This document shows positions 16,028 through 21,953 of a stretch of 21,953 nucleotides of DNA, one piece after another; positions within the stretch are counted from its first letter, which is position 1; every line of letters begins with the position of its first letter. The DNA is from a candidate division WOR-3 bacterium (GTDB taxonomy: Bacteria; Hydrothermota; Tepidihabitantia; Tepidihabitantales; JAOUPE01), in contig JBDRUX010000032.1 in assembly GCA_039801565.1 (NCBI GenBank), positions 1 to 21,953 of the forward strand, given 5' to 3'. Position numbers and translations under genes: made by a program. A model generated the notes under the pieces. The model had not been told where the DNA came from, made no database searches, and was given only the letters and a program-made list of their open reading frames with translations.

Positions 16028-17578
16028 GTGAAAGATTATTATACACCCGAAGATTTAGGTAATTTCAATTACCAAGAGTCGTTAGGCGAACCCGGTAAAT
16101 ATCCATTTACCCGTGGGATTTATCCGACGATGTATAAAGGAAGACTTTGGACAATGCGCCAATACGCTGGCTTTGGTGATGCCAAAGAGACGAATCAAAG
16201 ATTTCATTATCTTTTAGCCCAAGGTCAAACCGGACTTTCGGTTGCGTTTGATTTACCAACCCAACTTGGTTACGATTCGGATTCACCTTTAGCCTTAGGC
16301 GAAGTCGGTAAGGTCGGAGTTGCCATAAGCACCCTTGATGATATGGCAGAACTCTTTGCTAAAATTCCGCTCGATAAAGTCTCAACCGCAATGACGATTA
16401 ACGCCACCGCACCAATGATTATGGCGATGTATATTGTCAATGCCGAAAGACAAGGGGTTAGTTGTGATAAACTCGCTGGCACAGTTCAAAATGACATCTT
16501 AAAAGAATATGTTGCCCGGGGTAATTACATCTTTCCAGTCCGACCGTCACTAAAACTCTCAATGGATATTTGGGAATACTGTATTAAAAATATGCCGAAA
16601 TGGTATATGGTCTCAATCTCCGGTTATCATATTCGGGAGGCTGGTGCTACTGCGGTTGAAGAACTCGCTTTCACGATTGCTGATGGGGTAGCTTATGTTG
16701 AAGCCGCATTAAAACGTGGTCTTAAGGTTGATGATTTTGGACCAAGATTATCTTTCTTTTTCGGGTGTCATAACAATTTCTTAGAAGAGGTAGCAAAGTT
16801 TCGAGCCGGTAGAAGAATCTGGGCAAGGATAATGAAAGAAAGGTTTAAAGCCCAAGACCCAAAATCAATGATGCTTCGATTCCATTCCCAGACTTGTGGC
16901 TCAACCCTTACTGCCCAGCAACCAGAAAATAATGCGATAAGAGTCGCCTTACAAGCTTTAGCAACGATTTTTGGTGGTACCCAGAGCCTTCATACCAATT
17001 CCTTTGACGAAGCCTTAGCCTTGCCTTCGCAAAAAGCGGTGACTTTAGCTTTACGCACCCAACAGATTATCGCTTATGAAAGTGGTGTTACGGAAGTGGT
17101 TGACCCATTAGGTGGTTCATACACAATAGAAAAGTTGACCAATGAGATTGAGGCTAAGGTGATGGAATTATTAGAAACGATTGAGAACCAAGGTGGTGCG
17201 GTCCACTGTATTGAAAATGGCTTTATCCAGCGTCGAATCGAAGATTCCGCTTATCGCTATCAAAAAGAAATTGAAACTGGCAAGCGGAAAATTGTCGGTG
17301 TTAACGCCTTTACCGAACCGGAAAAAGCGACTGAACAAGAGATTCTTAAGGTTGCACCGCAATTAGCCGAAGAACGCAAGCAAAGATTAGCCGATTTCCG
17401 TGCCCAACGCGAAAAACTGAAAGTCCAACAATATTTGGATTGTTTAGCCAACGGGGTAGCAAAGAATGATAATCTGATGCCCTATATAATTGATGCGGTT
17501 AGGGCAGGTGCAACCTTAGAAGAGATGTGTAATACTTTAAGAAAAATCTGGGGAGAGTTTGATGCTAAAAAATCTTAG
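16028..17578 (+). CDS. Methylmalonyl-CoA mutase, substrate-binding (large) subunit, without B12-binding domain
   Basis: PFTRGIY, WTMRQYAGFG, GLSVAFDLPTQLGYDSD, QNDILKEYVARG, SGYHIREAGA and QSLHTNSFDEAL. The Tyr in RQY and the Arg in ARG match MCM rather than ICM. No DxHxxG motif. Confidence 0.93.
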   Translation: MKDYYTPEDLGNFNYQESLGEPGKYPFTRGIYPTMYKGRLWTMRQYAGFGDAKETNQRFHYLLAQGQTGLSVAFDLPTQLGYDSDSPLALGEVGKVGVAISTLDDMAELFAKIPLDKVSTAMTINATAPMIMAMYIVNAERQGVSCDKLAGTVQNDILKEYVARGNYIFPVRPSLKLSMDIWEYCIKNMPKWYMVSISGYHIREAGATAVEELAFTIADGVAYVEAALKRGLKVDDFGPRLSFFFGCHNNFLEEVAKFRAGRRIWARIMKERFKAQDPKSMMLRFHSQTCGSTLTAQQPENNAIRVALQALATIFGGTQSLHTNSFDEALALPSQKAVTLALRTQQIIAYESGVTEVVDPLGGSYTIEKLTNEIEAKVMELLETIENQGGAVHCIENGFIQRRIEDSAYRYQKEIETGKRKIVGVNAFTEPEKATEQEILKVAPQLAEERKQRLADFRAQREKLKVQQYLDCLANGVAKNDNLMPYIIDAVRAGATLEEMCNTLRKIWGEFDAKKS

Positions 17579-17969
17579 CCATATCGGAATTGCGGTTCAA
17601 TCTATCGCCAATGCCACAAAATTCTTTGGTGAGATTTTGAAACTGGGTGAACCGAAAATAATTGATGTGCCGGACCAGCAAGTTAAAGTAGCAATCTTTC
17701 CTTTTGCCGGTTTTCAAATTGAACTACTTGAGCCTTTAGGTCCGGATTCGACAATTGCTAAATTCTTAGAGAAACGGGGTGAGGGAATTCATCACCTCTG
17801 TTTCAATGTCGAGGATATTGAGACTGCCCTGACTGAGCTAAAAAAGGCTGGGATTACTTTAATTGATGAAAAGCCAAGGATTGGCGCAACCGGCAATAAG
17901 ATTGCCTTTGTCTCACCAAAATCCACTTACGGTGTTTTGATTGAACTGCGCGAGCCAAAAATAAAATAG
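17562..17969 (+). CDS. mce: Methylmalonyl-CoA epimerase
   Basis: HIGIAV, IELLEP, FLEKRGEGIHHLCFNV and GVLIEL (VOC fold); adjacent to the mutase. Confidence 0.92.
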   Translation: MLKNLSHIGIAVQSIANATKFFGEILKLGEPKIIDVPDQQVKVAIFPFAGFQIELLEPLGPDSTIAKFLEKRGEGIHHLCFNVEDIETALTELKKAGITLIDEKPRIGATGNKIAFVSPKSTYGVLIELREPKIK

Positions 17970-18077
17970 TTAACCGCCGAGAAAGCAGAGATCACAGGGC
18001 ATAAAGGAAGATTTGAAACCACGGGTGAATACGCATTAACGCCGATATTTAAAAGCCAATTCGATTGTGTAAAAAAT

Positions 18078-18099
18078 GTAGCGGTGCGATTCATTGCAC
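18078..18099 (+). repeat. GTAG-type REP-like palindrome (single degenerate copy)
   Basis: GTAG-CG-GTGCGAT-TC-ATTGCAC: GTAG foot followed by a hairpin. Confidence 0.4.
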
Positions 18100-18126
18100 A
18101 AAATATATAGTCTCTGGTAGTTAAAC

Positions 18127-18154
18127 TTGATTTTATCTGCTTTCGCACTAACAT
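18127..18154 (+). promoter_or_regulatory. Probable leaderless promoter
   Basis: TTGATT, 16 nt, TAACAT, 7 nt, ATG (18162); no SD. Confidence 0.45.
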
Positions 18155-18161
18155 ATAATCA

Positions 18162-18518
18162 ATGGAAGAAAAGTTCGATGAAATTCTAAGAAAAGACCCT
18201 CGTTACAAATTAGAAGCCTACTTCTTTGTCCTTGCCGCATTGGATTATACCCGAAAGATGACAAAAAAGCCAAAACATGTGACCGGTAAAGAATTGTTAG
18301 AAGGCATAAAAAGACTCGGCTTAGAACAATATGGAATTATGACCAAAACGGTCTTTGAATCTTGGGGAGTGAGAACAACCCGAGATTTTGGCGAAATTGT
18401 CTTCAATATGGTCAATGCTGGAATTCTTGCCAAGACCGAAGAAGATAAAATTGAAGATTTTGATAATGTCTACGATTTTAGTGAGGTATTTGAAAAGAAC
18501 TACCATTTTGGTAAATGA
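18162..18518 (+). CDS. Minf_1886-family conserved hypothetical protein
   Basis: DPRY...AYFFV..AL, HVTGKELL.G and WGV.TT.DFGEIVFNMV pattern, recognised from memory. Confidence 0.75.
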   Translation: MEEKFDEILRKDPRYKLEAYFFVLAALDYTRKMTKKPKHVTGKELLEGIKRLGLEQYGIMTKTVFESWGVRTTRDFGEIVFNMVNAGILAKTEEDKIEDFDNVYDFSEVFEKNYHFGK

Positions 18519-20494
18519 ATATCGAGAATAGAATAAAGCAGGCATTCGCCAAAGATGGTAATTTTGCCCGACTTTTGCCCGACTACGAAGAAAGAAAAGA
18601 GCAGACCGAAATGGCTTTAGCGGTCTATGATGCCCTTGCCAATAGCCATCACCTTATGGTCGAAGCCGGCACCGGGGTTGGTAAGAGTTTAGCCTATTCA
18701 CTACCTTCGGCTTTATGGTCAAAAGCCAATAAGAAACGAATAATAATCTCAACTTATACCAAACTTTTGCAAAACCAGTTAGTAAAAAAAGACCTACCAA
18801 TTCTAAAATCGGTATTAGGTGATGAACTTTCCATAGCCGTGATTTATGGTCAGGAGAATTACCTCTGCCGACGCCGACTAAACTCTTCAATTAACTTTGG
18901 ACTCTTCGATACTCGCGAGCAAGCAACCGAAATTGATAAAATTGCGGATTGGGCAAGACATGGTTCAGGAATTCTTGCCGAATATCCTTTTACCTTAAGT
19001 CCAAACACCTTGGAGCGAATTGGTCGGGATTCGGACAACTGCCTTTTTGGCGATTGCCCATTTTATGAAAACTGTTTCTATTTTTCCGCCAAGAAAGAGT
19101 GGCAAAGAGCCGATATCTTAGTGGTCAATCACTATCTCTTCTTTGCCAATGTTTCGGCTGACTATTTCATTTTACCGAAATTTGATGCGGTTATCTTTGA
19201 TGAGGCACACCGTTTAGAAGAGGTTGTTGCCCAATATTTTGGTATTGAGGTATCAAATCTTGGGCTTTTGCGCCTACTTTCTTTAATCTATAATCCACGT
19301 ACCAAGCGTGGCATAATCCCGTGCCTGGCGATTTCGCAATCAAGACAAGCGGAAATTGGTGCAATCAGTGATGAATGCCGGGAAGCGGTAACCGAATTCT
19401 TTGAAAAAGCTCGAACGCTCTTACCACCTGATGAATTCAAATTGCGCATCAAAGAGTCCAATATCATTGAAAATAACTTAGATGAGCCATTAGCAAGACT
19501 CCATACAATTTTAGCCGAACTGGCGACTGAAGAAGAAGATTTGGACTTAGCCGGTGAACTTGCCAGTTTAGCAAAACGGGTAGCAGCGGTTCGGCAAAAT
19601 ATTTCAAGATTTTTAGCCTTAGACGATAAGAACTCAGTCTATTGGATTGAAACCACACCTCCTGACCGATTCTCCTTAAATAGCGCCTTAATTGATGTCG
19701 CAAAAATTTTTAACGGAAAGGTCTTTAGTAAGATTCCTTGTGTGATTATGACCTCAGCGACTTTAACGGTAAAACAGGATTTCTCTTTTCTCAAAAATCG
19801 TTTTGGTGTTAATAATTGTAAAACCTTACTTTTGGATTCACCTTTTGATTATCAAAAACAGGCGTTACTCTATTTAGTAGAATCTTTGCCCGCACCAACT
19901 GAGGAAAATAGATTCTATACCGCTTGTGCGCAATTGATTAACGAAATCTTAAAACTCAGTCAGGGTCGGGCTTTAATTCTTTTCACGAGTTTTAAGGCAT
20001 TAAAAGAAGTTTACGCCCGAGTGAAAAAAGACAATTTCAACTTTTTAGTTCAAGGTGAAGCCCCGGTATTTAAGTTACTCGAAACTTTTCGGGATGATAT
20101 TTCTTCGGTTCTCTTTGCTACCCAATCATTTTGGCAAGGGGTTGATGTGCCGGGTGAGGCATTAAGTTGTTTAATTATTACCCGTTTGCCATTTGATGTC
20201 CCAGATGACCCAAGATTAGAAGGCATAATCGAGAGCCTAAAAGAACAGAGCAAAGAGCCGTTTTATTCATTTCAATTACCCCAGGCGGTCTTAAGATTTC
20301 GTCAAGGCTTTGGTCGGTTAATTCGCAACACCAAAGACCGTGGTGTAGTCTGTGTATTAGACAAAAGGATTGTCGAGCGGAGTTATGGCAAATTCTTTCT
20401 CGAATCCTTACCGAAGAAATTACCAACAACTTTCAATATCAATGCCATCGCCCAATTCTTTAAAAGAGATAAAGGTTTTAACTCATTAATTTGA
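18515..20494 (+). CDS. DinG/YoaA family ATP-dependent DNA helicase (Fe-S)
   Basis: Q motif (ERKEQ), EAGTGVGKS, Fe-S cysteines NYLC...CLFGDCPFYENC, DEAH, TSATL, FWQGVDVPG and QGFGRLIR. Confidence 0.95.
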   Translation: MNIENRIKQAFAKDGNFARLLPDYEERKEQTEMALAVYDALANSHHLMVEAGTGVGKSLAYSLPSALWSKANKKRIIISTYTKLLQNQLVKKDLPILKSVLGDELSIAVIYGQENYLCRRRLNSSINFGLFDTREQATEIDKIADWARHGSGILAEYPFTLSPNTLERIGRDSDNCLFGDCPFYENCFYFSAKKEWQRADILVVNHYLFFANVSADYFILPKFDAVIFDEAHRLEEVVAQYFGIEVSNLGLLRLLSLIYNPRTKRGIIPCLAISQSRQAEIGAISDECREAVTEFFEKARTLLPPDEFKLRIKESNIIENNLDEPLARLHTILAELATEEEDLDLAGELASLAKRVAAVRQNISRFLALDDKNSVYWIETTPPDRFSLNSALIDVAKIFNGKVFSKIPCVIMTSATLTVKQDFSFLKNRFGVNNCKTLLLDSPFDYQKQALLYLVESLPAPTEENRFYTACAQLINEILKLSQGRALILFTSFKALKEVYARVKKDNFNFLVQGEAPVFKLLETFRDDISSVLFATQSFWQGVDVPGEALSCLIITRLPFDVPDDPRLEGIIESLKEQSKEPFYSFQLPQAVLRFRQGFGRLIRNTKDRGVVCVLDKRIVERSYGKFFLESLPKKLPTTFNINAIAQFFKRDKGFNSLI

Positions 20495-20626
20495 TAACCT
20501 TTTAGGCTAATAACCAGAAAGGGATGAATAACCGGATAAAGTTGGATAAGCGAATAGCTTACGTTTATCAGGATTTTGCCAAAGAGCATATTGGCTTTAA
20601 GCGTCTAAGGTAGATTAAAAAAGTTC

Positions 20627-20677
20627 TTGACTTTTGCCAAAATTAAATATAATTTAACCTGATACTGGTCTTTGAAA
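20627..20677 (+). promoter_or_regulatory. sigma70 promoter followed by boxA-like site
   Basis: TTGACT (20627-20632), TATAAT (20648-20653; overlapping TAATTT at 17-nt spacing), then TGGTCTTTGAAA (20666-20677). Confidence 0.65.
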
Positions 20678-20871
20678 AATTTTGTTAAGGTATTCATTCT
20701 CAAATCTAATTGAACTTGTTTTCAGGATTGATTTGAGAACCCAAAAAAGAAGAAAATTAGCTGTCAAGGGACACCGTTGAATTAGAGAATGCGGTTAGAA
20801 AGGTCAAAGGAAGGGCAAAATGATGGAATTGGTTAAAAACAGGGATTTCGGTCAATTCGGCGAGAATTGGG

Positions 20872-20945
20872 ATAGACGAAATACTTCGCCAATACTCCCC
20901 AAACAGGACAAAAAGCGAAGTACTTCGCCTATGAACGAGTTAGGC
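20872..20945 (+). mobile_element. attC-like recombination site (left R'' box missing)
   Basis: 18-bp inverted repeat ATAGACGAAATACTTCGC / GCGAAGTACTTCGCCTAT (16/18 paired), 6-nt spacer, then the GTTRRRY core GTTAGGC at 20939-20945, 46 nt before an ATG. Confidence 0.55.
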
Positions 20946-20991
20946 GAAACGGTAGCTTTAGATAATGATGCATCTTTAAGGTGGTAGTAAA

Positions 20992-21953
20992 ATGAAAACT
21001 TGGCATAAGATAATCCTCGGGGATTCGAGATGGATGAAAGAAGTTCCAGATGGGTCAGTTCATCTCATTATTACTTCTCCGCCTTACTGGCAGTTAAAAG
21101 ATTATGGTAATAGAAAACAGATAGGTTTTAATGACACATACGAAGAATATATTAATAATCTTAATCTTGTCTGGAATGAATGTCATAGAATTTTACATAA
21201 AGGTTGCAGGCTTTGTATTAACATCGGGGACCAGTTTGCGCGTTCGGTTTACTATGGAAGATATAAAGTCATTCCGATAAGAACAGAGATAATAAAGTTC
21301 TGTGAAAGTGCTGGTTTCGATTATATGGGTTCGATTATATGGCAAAAGGTTACAACCTGTCATACTACGGGTGGGGCAACAGTGATGGGCTCATATCCTT
21401 ATCCGAGGAATGGAATTCTTAAATTAGATTACGAATTCATATTGATTTTTAAAAAATACGGCGTCCCCCCGAAGGTCAGTAAAGTAATTAAAGAAAAATC
21501 TAAATTAACCGATGCTGAATGGAACCAATATTTTACAGGTCATTGGAACTTTCCTGGCGAGAAGCAAGATAAACACCTGGCGATGTTCCCGGAAGAATTA
21601 CCGAGGCGTCTTATCAAGATGTTTAGTTTTGTTGGCGATACTGTCCTTGACCCATTTCTTGGGAGTGGGACAACCTCTTTAGCAGCCAAAAATCTGAATA
21701 GAAATTCTATTGGGTATGAAATAAATGAAGATTTTTTACCGATCATAAAGGAAAAACTTGGTTTGAACCAAAAGACAATTTTCCAGGATGCAACTTTTGA
21801 AATAATCAAGCAAAAGGAAGTTAAAGTTGACTTCACAAAAGAAATTGAAAAATTGCCTTATATTTTCAAGGACCATATTAAATTTGATAAAAAAGTTAAC
21901 CCAAAGAAATTAAGGTTCGGTTCAAAGATAGATAATTCCCCTTATGAAAGAGA
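20992..21953 (+). CDS. Site-specific DNA methyltransferase (N4-C/N6-A, beta class), 3' end outside window
   Basis: Translated manually: MKTWHKIILGDSR...HLIITSPPYWQLKDY (motif IV) ... HLAMFPEELPRRLIKMF..VGDTVLDPFLGSGTT (motif I) ...IGYEIN; the frame is open to the window edge. Confidence 0.93.
   Translation, partial: MKTWHKIILGDSRWMKEVPDGSVHLIITSPPYWQLKDYGNRKQIGFNDTYEEYINNLNLVWNECHRILHKGCRLCINIGDQFARSVYYGRYKVIPIRTEIIKFCESAGFDYMGSIIWQKVTTCHTTGGATVMGSYPYPRNGILKLDYEFILIFKKYGVPPKVSKVIKEKSKLTDAEWNQYFTGHWNFPGEKQDKHLAMFPEELPRRLIKMFSFVGDTVLDPFLGSGTTSLAAKNLNRNSIGYEINEDFLPIIKEKLGLNQKTIFQDATFEIIKQKEVKVDFTKEIEKLPYIFKDHIKFDKKVNPKKLRFGSKIDNSPYER

Noticed and set aside
16028..17578. Isobutyryl-CoA mutase assignment, or an upstream cobalamin riboswitch
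   Set aside because: Specificity residues are Tyr/Arg (MCM type) and mce is adjacent. The 78-bp intergenic region is filled by promoters, leaving no room for a riboswitch.
20524..20613. 29-aa ORF MNNRIKLDKRIAYVYQDFAKEHIGFKRLR after dinG
   Set aside because: The purine tract abuts the ATG with no spacing and there is no recognisable motif; probably chance.
949..21836. Short alternative-frame and antisense ORFs in the track (e.g. 949-1206, 5909-6109, 7073-7282, 11199-11438, 17927-18154, 21540-21836)
   Set aside because: They overlap well-supported genes or terminators and lack motifs or RBS; treated as shadow ORFs.

Overview
AT-rich bacterial chromosomal window, read with the standard genetic code. 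The gene mix (T9SS-type C-terminal tails, split methylmalonyl-CoA mutase, Minf_1886-family gene) suggests an FCB-affiliated lineage such as candidate phylum WOR-3; this is inference only. Housekeeping genes: ROK kinase (partial), GlmU-like nucleotidyltransferase, ispF, rhomboid protease, ArnT/PMT-like glycosyltransferase, membrane-TPR protein plus UbiA prenyltransferase, DUF2284, EamA, methylmalonyl-CoA mutase large subunit plus epimerase, Minf_1886-family protein and DinG/YoaA helicase. Three secreted beta-propeller proteins (SBBP, HAF and Asp-box repeats) carry T9SS-like tails. A beta-class DNA methyltransferase runs off the right end. The most unusual signals are non-coding. (1) An attC-like stem-loop ending in GTTAGGC lies just before the methyltransferase, behind a strong promoter and a boxA-like site, with no integrase in the window. 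(2) A ~340-bp degenerate 12-bp-periodic array and two palindromes lie upstream of an XRE-HTH pseudogene. (3) Five genes share a TTGAYN-16-TAnnnT promoter placed 5-9 nt before the start codon, implying leaderless mRNAs. (4) rrn-type boxA motifs lead non-rRNA transcripts. No rRNA, tRNA, CRISPR array or transposase was seen.
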